This document shows, piece after piece, positions 1-9,331 of a stretch of DNA of 64,000 nt (position 1 is its first letter; every line of letters starts with the position of its first letter). The stretch is taken from NCBI GenBank assembly GCA_963713945.1, contig OY970215.1:273916-337915 (forward strand), read 5' to 3'. The notes below the pieces were generated by a model. The model was not told the origin of the DNA, did no database searches, and saw only the letters and a program-made list of their open reading frames with translations. Both the position numbers and the translations under genes were made by a program. The DNA is from an uncultured Actinomycetota bacterium (GTDB lineage: Bacteria > Actinomycetota > Actinomycetes > Actinomycetales > Microbacteriaceae).

Positions 1-1230
1 TCCGAGTCCAGCGACGGATCGATCGAGGTCTGGGCGCACAGCGGTCAGGCGTCCGAGGCGGAGGCGCTGGAAGCGCTGGTCAAAGAATTCAATTCGTCGC
101 AGGAGGATGTGAAGGTCGAGTTGACCCTCATCCCGGAGGCGGACTACACGGGCACCATTCAGGCGACGTCGCCCAATGACCTGCCGGATGTCATGGAGAT
201 GGACGCACCCACGATGGCGGCGTTCGCCTACGATCGCAAGCTCGTCCCGCTCGAAGACATCGTCTCTGCTGAAACGCTCGACAACCGGATTTCGGGTGTC
301 GAGGAGAGCGGAACCTACAACGACCAGACGTACGCGGTCGGCATGTTTGACGTCGGTCTCGGCCTGTGGGGTAATAAGACGCTGCTGACCGACGCCGGCG
401 TCGACATCCCGACCACGAGCGACGAGGCCTGGACCACCGAGGAATTCGGCACCGTCCTCGAGACACTCTCCAAGACAACCCCGTCCGGTAAGGCGCTGGA
501 TCTCGGCGAAGCGAACGGTTTCGCCGGCGAGTGGGGGACGTTTACCACCACTCCCGCTATCTGGTCGGCCGGCGGAACCCTTGTGCTTGACGGGAAGGCC
601 GAGGGCGTCATCAACAGCTCGACGAACGTGGAAGCACTCGAGGAGTGGGTCTCCTGGAAGCCTTTCACCGACCCGAACACCGGTGGGACCGCTCTTCAGG
701 ATGGCCAGGTTGCCCTGAGCGTGACAGGAAACTGGATGTACCCGAACTTCAGCGAGGCGCTCGGGGAGGACCTGGTTCTGATGCCGATGCCGGACTTCGG
801 AATGGGCACCAAATCCGGACACGGTTCATGGCAATGGGGCGTGACATCCGCCGCTGAGGACAACGACGACGCGGCAGGACAGTTCATCGACTTCCTCATG
901 ACCGATGACAGCATCGGCGCCATGACGAAGGCAAACGCGGCCGTCCCGGGAAGCACCACCGCACTCGAGCAGAGCGAACTCTACGGTGAGGGCAAGCCTC
1001 TGGAACTCTTCGCGAACGGCCTGGCCAGCGCGTGCAGTTCGGAAGACGTAACCGAGGACTGCATTGCTGTCGCTCGTCCGGTGACACCGGGTTATCCGAC
1101 CGTCACGTCCTCGTTCGGAAGTGCCCTGCTCGCCATCTGGGGCGGAGCTGACGTCAAGGAGGAGCTGGATACGGCTGCCCGCACGATCGACGCTGACTTC
1201 TCGGACAACAACGGATACCAGGAAGACTAA
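1..1230 (+). CDS. Sugar ABC transporter substrate-binding protein (5' end outside window)
   Basis: Frame 1 is open from base 1 (SESSDGSIEVWAHSGQASEAEALEALVKEFN...) and runs into track ORF 109..1230, so the gene starts upstream of the window. It has family-1 solute-binding-protein character and is followed by two MalF/MalG-type permease genes. Confidence 0.85.
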   Translation, partial: SESSDGSIEVWAHSGQASEAEALEALVKEFNSSQEDVKVELTLIPEADYTGTIQATSPNDLPDVMEMDAPTMAAFAYDRKLVPLEDIVSAETLDNRISGVEESGTYNDQTYAVGMFDVGLGLWGNKTLLTDAGVDIPTTSDEAWTTEEFGTVLETLSKTTPSGKALDLGEANGFAGEWGTFTTTPAIWSAGGTLVLDGKAEGVINSSTNVEALEEWVSWKPFTDPNTGGTALQDGQVALSVTGNWMYPNFSEALGEDLVLMPMPDFGMGTKSGHGSWQWGVTSAAEDNDDAAGQFIDFLMTDDSIGAMTKANAAVPGSTTALEQSELYGEGKPLELFANGLASACSSEDVTEDCIAVARPVTPGYPTVTSSFGSALLAIWGGADVKEELDTAARTIDADFSDNNGYQED

Positions 1231-1310
1231 GCAGGTTTCGGGCGGGGCTGGGAATCCGGCCCCGCCCGTTCCGGCGTAAGGAGCACCCCATCACCACATC
1301 AACCGGTCTT

Positions 1311-2246
1311 GTGCCACCAGCGACGGACAAGAAACGCCGAAAAGGGGCTGCGGGACGCAGCGGAGCAGGCCCGCTCATGGCGGCCCCGGCCGTCGTACTC
1401 CTCATAGCCTTTCTGGCGGTTCCTTTCCTCTCAGCGATCGGGTTCTCGCTCTTCAGCCTGCGTCTGGGCGACCCCCGCCCACCAAACTTCCTGGGGTTCG
1501 AACAGTACGTTCGGATATTCACAGATCCTGACGTCTCCAGCGAGTTTTTCGGTGCCCTGCTTCACAACTTCATCTTTGCCGCCATCGTCGTCCCCGTTCA
1601 GACGGCGCTGGCGCTGGCGCTGGCCATGCTCGTCAACAGGAGCCTGCCGGGAATCGGCGTGTTCCGGGCCCTCTACTTTCTCCCCGTCATCTTTCCCATC
1701 GCCCTCGTGGCGATCATCTGGCGATTGATCCTGGCCCGGGGGGACCAGGGCCTGCTCAATGAGGCCCTGATCTTCTTCTCCGGCGGAGCCTTCGGCTCCC
1801 AGGATTGGCTTGGTTCAGAATTGACGGCTCTTGGCTCCGTCATCGTTCTGTCCATCTGGCAGGGCTGCGGCTTCCAGATGGTCATCCTCCTCGCCGCTCT
1901 CCAGCAGGTTCCGGCCGAACTGTACGAAGCGGCGGAACTCGACCGGGCCAATCCCTGGCATCGGTTCATCCACGTCACGGTTCCCGGAATCCGGACCACG
2001 CTGGTGTTTGTCGCGCTCTACACGACGATCCTCTCCCTCCGGGTGTTCGACCAGGTGTACGTGCTGGCGAAGGGCGGTGGCGGGCTCAACGAAGATGCCA
2101 CACGAACGGTGATGTACGAGGCCGTCACATCGGCCTTCGATGAAAATAACGTCGGCCGTGCGAGCGCGATCTCCGTTGTCTTCTTCGTCATCGTTGTCGT
2201 CCTGTCCCTCATCCAACGCCGCGCCACGCAAGAGCGGGAGAACTGA
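1311..2246 (+). CDS. ABC transporter permease (MalF/UgpA type)
   Basis: 311-aa track ORF, multi-TM, with an EAA-type loop (LYEAAELDRANPWHRFIHVTVPGIR). Start choice (GTG 1311 vs ATG 1377) is uncertain. Confidence 0.85.
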   Translation: MPPATDKKRRKGAAGRSGAGPLMAAPAVVLLIAFLAVPFLSAIGFSLFSLRLGDPRPPNFLGFEQYVRIFTDPDVSSEFFGALLHNFIFAAIVVPVQTALALALAMLVNRSLPGIGVFRALYFLPVIFPIALVAIIWRLILARGDQGLLNEALIFFSGGAFGSQDWLGSELTALGSVIVLSIWQGCGFQMVILLAALQQVPAELYEAAELDRANPWHRFIHVTVPGIRTTLVFVALYTTILSLRVFDQVYVLAKGGGGLNEDATRTVMYEAVTSAFDENNVGRASAISVVFFVIVVVLSLIQRRATQEREN

Positions 2247-2250
2247 TCCC

Positions 2251-3117
2251 ATGACATCGACCACATCGGCCCGGACTGTCAGCCGCAGGGAACGAAAAGC
2301 ACGGGTGCCCCGGTACATCGTCCTGGTGGTGACAGGGGTACTCTTCCTGGCACCGATCGCGTACATGGTGGCGGCTTCATTCGCTCAGCCCCGGGATACT
2401 CTCTCCGGATTTGCAGTCTTCGACGTGACCAAGTGGGGACTGCATAACTACTCAGGCGTTTCCAACAGCTTGTCCTCGAGCAGTACCGGATATCTGTACC
2501 AGTTCTTCCTCGTCTCTTTCACCGTGACCGTCTCGGTCGTCCTCCTCGGACTCATCGTGAACTCGATGGCCGCCTATGCGCTTTCCCGCTTGTCGTGGAA
2601 GGGTCGCGACCTGACCTTGCTCGGCATCCTGCTCCTGCTCGTCGTTCCATTTGAAGCTGTCGCCGTGCCGATGTTCTATCTGTATAACGACGCACGGAAC
2701 ACGCTCTGGATCCAGATCGTCCCCTTCATCGGGAACGCGCTGTCCATCTTTCTGTTCTATTCGTTCTTCTCGGGTATCCCCAGGAGCATCGATGAGGCTG
2801 CTCGCATGGATGGCGCGGGCCCGTGGCGGATCTTCTTCCGCATCATCGCTCCGATGAGCAAGCCGGTTTACGCGTCGGTCGCCATCCTCACGTTCCTGAC
2901 ACAGTGGGGCTCGTTCCTCTGGCCCGTCCTCATGATCTCGGACCCAGATCTGCGGCCACTGCCCCTGCAGATCAGCGTGTTCGCTGGCCAACTTCCGCCA
3001 GCCTGGGGCCAGGTGATGGCGTTCGGCGTTTTGCTGGTCATCCCCGTCGTCGTCGTGTTCCTGATCTTCCAACGCTGGTTCATCGAGGGCGTCGCCAGTT
3101 CGGCGGTGAAGGGCTGA
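2251..3117 (+). CDS. ABC transporter permease (MalG/UgpE type)
   Basis: ATG 2251 lies just after the upstream stop (2244-2246). EAA loop IDEAARMDGAGPWRIFFRIIAPM is present. The track start at 2140 overlaps the preceding gene and is unlikely. Confidence 0.85.
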   Translation: MTSTTSARTVSRRERKARVPRYIVLVVTGVLFLAPIAYMVAASFAQPRDTLSGFAVFDVTKWGLHNYSGVSNSLSSSSTGYLYQFFLVSFTVTVSVVLLGLIVNSMAAYALSRLSWKGRDLTLLGILLLLVVPFEAVAVPMFYLYNDARNTLWIQIVPFIGNALSIFLFYSFFSGIPRSIDEAARMDGAGPWRIFFRIIAPMSKPVYASVAILTFLTQWGSFLWPVLMISDPDLRPLPLQISVFAGQLPPAWGQVMAFGVLLVIPVVVVFLIFQRWFIEGVASSAVKG

Positions 3118-3118
3118 C

Positions 3119-4039
3119 ATGTCGTTCCGACTCGCCGATCACTGGGTGTGGGATAGCTGGATGGCTGACGATGGGGAGAACTATCACCTGTTCTTCCTCC
3201 GGGCCAGCAGGGCACTGATCGATCCACACCGACGCCACTTCCGGGCCTCGATCGGCCATGCTGTCTCATCCGACCTGCTCACATGGGAACTGCTCCCTGA
3301 CGCGCTGGTGGCTGGAGAGGAATCAGCGTGGGATGGCCAGGCAACCTGGACCGGATGCACCGTCCAGGCCCCCGACGGGACCTGGTACCTCTTCTACACC
3401 GGCATCAGCAGGGCAGAGGCCGGACTGAAACAGCGCATCGGGTGGGCCACATCTACCGACCTGATCTCCTGGCAGCGGTCTGAGGCGCCTCCGCTCGAAG
3501 CAGACCCACGATGGTACGAGAAACTCGGCGAGGGCACCTGGCCGGACGAGGCGTGGCGGGACCCGTTCGTCTTTCGCGATGCCGAATCGGACGACTGGCA
3601 CATGCTCATTACCGCCCGAGCATCCACCGGCGATCCTGCCGGGCGCGCTGTTGTCGGTCACGCCACCAGCCCCGACCTCAAGACCTGGACGGTCCAGCCT
3701 CCACTAACGGAGCCCTCCGGATTCGGAGAGATGGAAGTCTTCCAGTCGAGGGTCGTCGATGGAAAGAACATTCTCGTCTTCTCCTGCCTCCCCGAACATG
3801 CCGACCACCAAGTCACCTCCGGTCAGGCGACGGGGTCGTGGATCGCGTACGGTGAGAGCTCGCTCGGCCCTTGGGACGTGCACCAGGCACAGAGCTTCTT
3901 CCTCCCGGGACTGTATGCCACGCAGGTCTTCCGCAAACGGGACGGCGAGTGGGTTGTCTTCGGCTTTATCAACGATGTCGAGGGACAATTCGGGGGCGCG
4001 ATCTCCCAACCCGTGCCGCTCAGCGACTTCCTGGCATAG
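3119..4039 (+). CDS. Clan GH-J (GH32/GH68-like) glycoside hydrolase, beta-fructosidase-like
   Basis: 306 aa with WVWDSW near the N-terminus, WRDPFVF (RDP motif) and EMEVF. Its size fits a single five-bladed propeller. The start is 2 nt after the permease stop. Confidence 0.7.
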   Translation: MSFRLADHWVWDSWMADDGENYHLFFLRASRALIDPHRRHFRASIGHAVSSDLLTWELLPDALVAGEESAWDGQATWTGCTVQAPDGTWYLFYTGISRAEAGLKQRIGWATSTDLISWQRSEAPPLEADPRWYEKLGEGTWPDEAWRDPFVFRDAESDDWHMLITARASTGDPAGRAVVGHATSPDLKTWTVQPPLTEPSGFGEMEVFQSRVVDGKNILVFSCLPEHADHQVTSGQATGSWIAYGESSLGPWDVHQAQSFFLPGLYATQVFRKRDGEWVVFGFINDVEGQFGGAISQPVPLSDFLA

Positions 4040-4054
4040 CATCTCGTCGCTTGC

Positions 4055-4078
4055 GACTATACCCCCGGGGGTATAGTC
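4055..4078. promoter_or_regulatory. Perfect 24-bp palindrome GACTATACCCCCGGGGGTATAGTC; candidate CsoR/CstR-family operator
   Basis: Read directly from the sequence. It ends 8 nt before the thioredoxin start (4086). It shares the TACCCCCGGGGGTA core with the site at 8529..8542. A C/G tract flanked by AT-rich inverted arms is the general form of CsoR-family operators. Confidence 0.65.
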
Positions 4079-4085
4079 TGGAGCC

Positions 4086-4478
4086 ATGCCAATCATCGAT
4101 CTCACAGAGCAGAGCCTCCCCGAAGTCGTCTCGACCCACGGAATCGTCCTCGTGGACTTCTGGGCCGAGTGGTGCGGCCCCTGCCGCATGTTCGCGCCCG
4201 TCTACGCCGCCGCCGCCGAGAACCACCCCGACATCACGTTCGGCAAGGTCGACACCGAAGCCGAGCAGCAGCTCGCCGCTGCCGCCCAGATCTCGTCAAT
4301 CCCTACCCTGATGGCGTTCCGCGATGGCATTCTGGTGTTCTCACAGCCGGGCGCAGTACCCGCACCAGCTTTGGAGGAGATCATCGCCGCGGTCCGCGCG
4401 CTCGATATGGACGCATTCCGGGCCCGTGTGGCCGACCACGACCACGACCACGACAACGCCTCCGCGCACGCCGAGTAG
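4086..4478 (+). CDS. Thioredoxin with His/Asp-rich C-terminal tail
   Basis: 130 aa with WCGPC active site (FWAEWCGPCRMF). The C-terminus is DHDHDHDNASAHAE. Confidence 0.9.
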   Translation: MPIIDLTEQSLPEVVSTHGIVLVDFWAEWCGPCRMFAPVYAAAAENHPDITFGKVDTEAEQQLAAAAQISSIPTLMAFRDGILVFSQPGAVPAPALEEIIAAVRALDMDAFRARVADHDHDHDNASAHAE

Positions 4479-4497
4479 TAATCGAAAGGACACGACA

Positions 4498-5853
4498 ATG
4501 CATGTATCCGTCATCGAAACCCCTCAGCTCGGGGACCGCAGCTACCTCATTCACGACGGCGAGGTCGCACTTGTCATCGACCCCCAGCGCGACACCGACC
4601 GCATCCTGACTGCCGCCACGAACGCGGGCGCACGGATCACCCACATCGCCGAAACCCACATCCACAACGACTACGTCACCGGCGGCCTCGTCCTTGCCGG
4701 CGAGACCGGCGCGGCCTACCTCGTCAACGCGGCGGACTCCGTCAACTACGAGCGCCAGCCCATCGCCGACGGCGAGATCGTCACCGTCGGCGAGCTGAGG
4801 GTCAAGGCCGTCGCAACACCCGGCCACACGCACACGCACCTCTCGTACATCGTGACGCACGGCGATGAGCAGGCCGTCTTCTCCGGCGGAAGCCTGCTGT
4901 ATGGATCGGTCGGACGCACCGACCTCGTGCACGCCGACGACACCGTCAAGCTGACCCGCGACCAGTACGCCTCGGTACGACGGCTCGTCGACGAAGCAGA
5001 GCACGACGCCGCGCTGTACCCGACCCACGGTTTCGGTTCCTTCTGTTCATCGGGGCCCGCGAGCGGTGCCGGCGAGTCGACGGTCGGCGAGCAACTGGAG
5101 TCCAACCACGCCCTGACCGACCCGGACGAAGAGCACTTCGTTCAGGAGCTGATCGCGAACCTCACCAACTACCCCTCGTACTACGCGCACATGGCGCCGG
5201 CCAACCTCGCCGGCCCGACCCCTCCCGACCTCGCGGTTCCCGAATCGCTGGACGCCGACGAACTCGGCAAGCGCCTGGCCGACGGCGAATGGGTCGTCGA
5301 CCTGCGCAACCGGGTCGCCTTCGCCAGCAGCCACCTCCAGGGCACAGTGAGCTTCGAGTATGGCGACGGATCGTCCTTCACGACGTTCCTCGGCTGGGTG
5401 CTGCCGTGGAAAGAGCAGCTGACGCTGGTCGGATCCCGCGACGACGTCGAGAACGCCATCCGCGACCTCTCCCGCATCGGCATCGACTCGCCCGACGCGG
5501 CCGTCGGCACCGACCCGACCGCGCTGGCTCCGGACGTGACCGTGACGTCGTACCCGCGCGAATCGTGGGACGGATACGTGGAGAACCGACGCGAGGACGA
5601 GACCGTTCTCGACGTGCGCCGGGTAGACGAGTATGCCGCCGCGCACCTGCCCGGAGCGGTCAACATCCCGCTGCACGAACTTCTCGGACGCCTGGCGGAT
5701 GTTCCCACCGGTCGTCTCTGGATCCACTGCGGCTCCGGCTACCGCGCGGGCGTCGCTGCCAGTCTCCTCGAGCGCGTCGGCCATGACGTTGTCCACATCG
5801 ATGCGAAGTTCGATGACGCCGAGGGTTCCGGCGTCCCGATCGTCCGCGGCTAA
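4498..5853 (+). CDS. MBL-fold persulfide-dioxygenase-like protein fused to rhodanese domains (CstB-like)
   Basis: ATG 4498 is preceded by GAAAGGA. The N-terminal metallo-beta-lactamase fold shows ETHIHNDYVTGG and ATPGHTHTHLSY. Two rhodanese-like modules follow; the last has active-site loop HCGSGYRAG. The track start at 4324 overlaps the thioredoxin gene. Confidence 0.8.
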   Translation: MHVSVIETPQLGDRSYLIHDGEVALVIDPQRDTDRILTAATNAGARITHIAETHIHNDYVTGGLVLAGETGAAYLVNAADSVNYERQPIADGEIVTVGELRVKAVATPGHTHTHLSYIVTHGDEQAVFSGGSLLYGSVGRTDLVHADDTVKLTRDQYASVRRLVDEAEHDAALYPTHGFGSFCSSGPASGAGESTVGEQLESNHALTDPDEEHFVQELIANLTNYPSYYAHMAPANLAGPTPPDLAVPESLDADELGKRLADGEWVVDLRNRVAFASSHLQGTVSFEYGDGSSFTTFLGWVLPWKEQLTLVGSRDDVENAIRDLSRIGIDSPDAAVGTDPTALAPDVTVTSYPRESWDGYVENRREDETVLDVRRVDEYAAAHLPGAVNIPLHELLGRLADVPTGRLWIHCGSGYRAGVAASLLERVGHDVVHIDAKFDDAEGSGVPIVRG

Positions 5854-5870
5854 GCGGCCACCAGCACACA

Positions 5871-6923
5871 GTGATAGACATCCAGGTCAGCCCGCCGCGA
5901 GCAAACACTCGCGGCGGGCTCAGGATTCCTGCGACCATCCTCGCGCTGCACGCCCTCGGCTGGGGAGCACTGTTCGGCGTGATTTTGCCGGCGCAACAGT
6001 CCGCCGGCGGCGATGGCACCGCTCTGCTGGCTCTGTCGCTGGGTGCGTACGCTCTCGGGATACGCCACGCTTTTGACGCCGACCACATCGCCGCGATCGA
6101 CAACGCAACCAGACAACTGATCGCACGAGGTAGACGGTCCGCCTCCGTGGGCTTCTGGTTCGCACTGGGACACTCCAGCGTTGTCGCCCTCGCCGTGCTG
6201 CTCATTGCAGCCGGGGCGAGCGCATTCACCGCCGTCGTCGCCGACGATAATTCCTCACTCCGCCACATCGCGGGAATCTGGGGAGGGACCGTCTCCGGAG
6301 TCTTCCTCCTGGCCACCGGCATTCTGAACCTGCCCGCGCTCAAGTCGTTGACCGCTGCCCGGCGAAATCTTCGACCGGGGCAGACCCACCAGCCCGAAGA
6401 CGTTGCCAGGGCCCTCAACGGTCGCGGTGTGATGTCCCGACTCCTGAGCCCGGTGACGAAGCTTGTCGATCGTCCGTCACGGATGTATCCGGTCGGCGTC
6501 CTGTTCGGACTCGGATTGGACACGGTCGCATCCATCAGCCTGTTCGCGCTCGCCGGCACGTTCTCCCAGGCCCTGCCCTGGTACGCCGTCCTGGTCCTCC
6601 CGATTCTCTTCACCGCCGGCATGACCCTCTTCGACACCCTGGACGGTGCGCTGGTCTCCCGGGTCTACCGGTGGGCGTCCTCGGACGCGAAACGCACGTT
6701 GAACCACAACATCGCGACAACCTCAGTATCGGTGGCGCTCGCGTTCGTGGTCGGCACATCCGGACTGATCGCCGTCGTCGGCGAGATCGTCGGCGCCGAT
6801 TTCGCACTCACATCCATCCTCGAGTCTGTCGACTTCAACATTCTCGGAATCGCGGCGGTCGCGTTCTTCGCTGTGGCCTGGCTGGCGACGGCATCCCGTC
6901 GCGGCCAGCGCGCCGTCTCCTGA
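5871..6923 (+). CDS. HoxN/HupN/NixA-family (NiCoT) nickel/cobalt permease
   Basis: 350 aa, multi-TM. Both NiCoT signature motifs are present: RHAFDADHIAAIDNATR and FALGHSSVV. The GTG start at 5871 is uncertain. Confidence 0.8.
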   Translation: MIDIQVSPPRANTRGGLRIPATILALHALGWGALFGVILPAQQSAGGDGTALLALSLGAYALGIRHAFDADHIAAIDNATRQLIARGRRSASVGFWFALGHSSVVALAVLLIAAGASAFTAVVADDNSSLRHIAGIWGGTVSGVFLLATGILNLPALKSLTAARRNLRPGQTHQPEDVARALNGRGVMSRLLSPVTKLVDRPSRMYPVGVLFGLGLDTVASISLFALAGTFSQALPWYAVLVLPILFTAGMTLFDTLDGALVSRVYRWASSDAKRTLNHNIATTSVSVALAFVVGTSGLIAVVGEIVGADFALTSILESVDFNILGIAAVAFFAVAWLATASRRGQRAVS

Positions 6924-6968
6924 CCTTCGCGCCATTCGCCCTGACGCCCCCGTTTCGAAAGCAGACCC

Positions 6969-7742
6969 ATGTCCTCACTCATCGCGATCCCGCTCGGGCT
7001 CATCATCGGCGCGCTCCTGGGCCTCGTTGGAGCGGGCGGTTCCATCATCGCCGTCCCTGCCCTGGTCTACGGGGTGGGATTCAGCCCCGCTGAGGCAATC
7101 CCGGCTTCGCTCATCATCGTCGGACTGGCATCGCTCTCTGCCGTCATCCCCCGCATCCGCACCAGCATCGACTGGCCGACCGTCGGGATCGTGGGAATCG
7201 CCGGCATCCCGGCCGCGTGGGCGGGTGCCGCCGTCAACCGCCTCCTGCACCCGGACGTCCTGCTGCTGATCTTCGCCGGGCTGATGATCGTTGCCGCGGT
7301 GCGCATGTTCGCCAGCCCCGGCGCCGGAACGACATCCGGCGCAGCGAACCGCACCATGAAGACCTATCTGCCCAAGGCGCTGCTCGTCGGCCTGGCCGTA
7401 GGATTCCTGACGGGCATGCTCGGCATCGGCGGAGGATTCATCATCACGCCGGCGCTCGTTCTGCTGCTCGGGCTCCGCATGAGCGTCGCCGTCGGCACGT
7501 CGCTGGCCATCATCGTGATCAACTCGGCGGCCGGTTTCACCGCGCACCTCAACGACAGTGCGTTGAACTGGCCTCTGGTTTTGACCTTCTCAGCGGCCGC
7601 GATTGTCGGATCGCTCATCGCAGGACGGTTCGCGAAACGACTACCCGAACGCGTGGTCAAGGTGGCTTTCGCCAGCCTGATCCTGCTGATCGCTGCCTTC
7701 GTTCTGATCCAGAGCATCACATCGCTGATCGCCGGCGCCTGA
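6969..7742 (+). CDS. TauE/SafE (DUF81) family sulfite/anion exporter
   Basis: 257 aa polytopic membrane protein with duplicated glycine-rich motifs (GLVGAGGSIIAVP; GMLGIGGGFIITP) typical of the TauE/SafE family. Confidence 0.8.
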   Translation: MSSLIAIPLGLIIGALLGLVGAGGSIIAVPALVYGVGFSPAEAIPASLIIVGLASLSAVIPRIRTSIDWPTVGIVGIAGIPAAWAGAAVNRLLHPDVLLLIFAGLMIVAAVRMFASPGAGTTSGAANRTMKTYLPKALLVGLAVGFLTGMLGIGGGFIITPALVLLLGLRMSVAVGTSLAIIVINSAAGFTAHLNDSALNWPLVLTFSAAAIVGSLIAGRFAKRLPERVVKVAFASLILLIAAFVLIQSITSLIAGA

Positions 7743-7765
7743 CCCGAGCGCTGTCGCCCCGTGCG

Positions 7766-8176
7766 TCAGGGGCCGGTGACCGCCGCAAGCACGCCGTCGA
7801 GCAACTCTGAGACCTCGGACGCGACCGCGGCAATTTCGGGAGCGTCGCTGAGTTGTTCCATGGTTTGGGGATCGATCGCCTGAACGGTTGTCGCCTCAGC
7901 GCCCTGGCCGCGTCGAACGACGACGTTGCACGGGAGGAGCGCACCGATGTTGGGGTCTGCAGCGATCGCGCGCTGTGCCAGCTTCGGGTTGCAGGCGCCC
8001 AGGATGAGGTAGTCGCCGACGGCGTCCGCGCTCTCGGCGCCGAGCTTCTCTGCGAAGGTCGCCGTCACGTTGATCTCGGTCAGGATTCCGAATCCGTGTT
8101 CCGTCAGGCTCTCCCTCGTGCGGGCGACAGCGTCGTCGAAGCTCGAGGCGACCAGCACGGTTTTCGTATAAGGCAT
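7766..8176 (-). CDS. DUF302 domain protein
   Basis: 136-aa track ORF (MPYTKTVLVASSFDDAVARTRESLTEHGFGILTEINVTATFAEKLG...) resembles the DUF302 family, which often sits in sulfur-stress loci. Confidence 0.7.
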   Translation of the reverse strand: MPYTKTVLVASSFDDAVARTRESLTEHGFGILTEINVTATFAEKLGAESADAVGDYLILGACNPKLAQRAIAADPNIGALLPCNVVVRRGQGAEATTVQAIDPQTMEQLSDAPEIAAVASEVSELLDGVLAAVTGP

Positions 8177-8265
8177 TCAATACTCCTGTCGATGACAACG
8201 AGGCACGGTCGTGCCCCACTGTCCATTGTTCTTGGTTGGCGTGATAACCGGAAGGCGAAAGACAA

Positions 8266-8302
8266 AACGCCGCCGCTGCGGTTTCGCCCGCGCGGCGGCG
8301 TT
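8266..8302 (-). terminator. Intrinsic terminator after the small Cys-rich ORF
   Basis: An 11-bp stem (AACGCCGCCGC ... GCGGCGGCGTT) is followed on the minus strand by TTTGTCTTTCG. It lies 23 nt downstream of the stop at 8325. Confidence 0.65.
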
Positions 8303-8324
8303 GGGGATGAATCCCCTCGTCGGC

Positions 8325-8489
8325 TTAGCGTCCGAAGAGACGAGACAGGAACGAACCGCTTCCCGGTTCCTTCGCGTGCCCTTCGCACCGGTTGTTCTTG
8401 GGGACGTTGCGCATGACCTGGTCCACGTGCTGGCCACAGCCCGCCCACGTCGTCTTGCCACACTTACGGCAGGTAACTGCACTGCACAT
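8325..8489 (-). CDS. Small Cys-rich protein, 54 aa (below the ORF-track cutoff)
   Basis: My translation: MCSAVTCRKCGKTTWAGCGQHVDQVMRNVPKNNRCEGHAKEPGSGSFLSRLFGR. It has five Cys plus His residues, AAGGA 7 nt upstream of the ATG, a terminator downstream and an operator-like palindrome upstream. Confidence 0.6.
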   Translation of the reverse strand: MCSAVTCRKCGKTTWAGCGQHVDQVMRNVPKNNRCEGHAKEPGSGSFLSRLFGR

Positions 8490-8528
8490 GAATTTTCCTT
8501 TCACCGATGACTGGTACTCGACTTAGTA

Positions 8529-8542
8529 TACCCCCGGGGGTA
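8529..8542. promoter_or_regulatory. Palindrome TACCCCCGGGGGTA; second candidate CsoR/CstR-family operator
   Basis: Perfect 14-bp palindrome in the divergent intergenic region between the small Cys-rich ORF (-) and rhodanese-cstR-like genes (+). It has the same core as 4055..4078. Confidence 0.65.
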
Positions 8543-8644
8543 ATATGATGTAAACCGAACTTACGGAGAGCCAGGCCGGGTACCATTTCACTCAGTCGGC
8601 TAGAACGCCTACCCGGGCGGAAATCCGCGGAAGGAAAACACCTC

Positions 8645-9312
<668 letters not shown>

Positions 9313-9331
9313 GCGAGACCCGCAGTTCGGG

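Noticed and set aside
4324-4497. N-terminal 58-codon extension of the MBL-rhodanese ORF overlapping the thioredoxin gene
   Set aside because: The extension is out-of-frame read-through of the thioredoxin 3' end. An ATG with a good RBS at 4498 gives the family-typical N-terminus.
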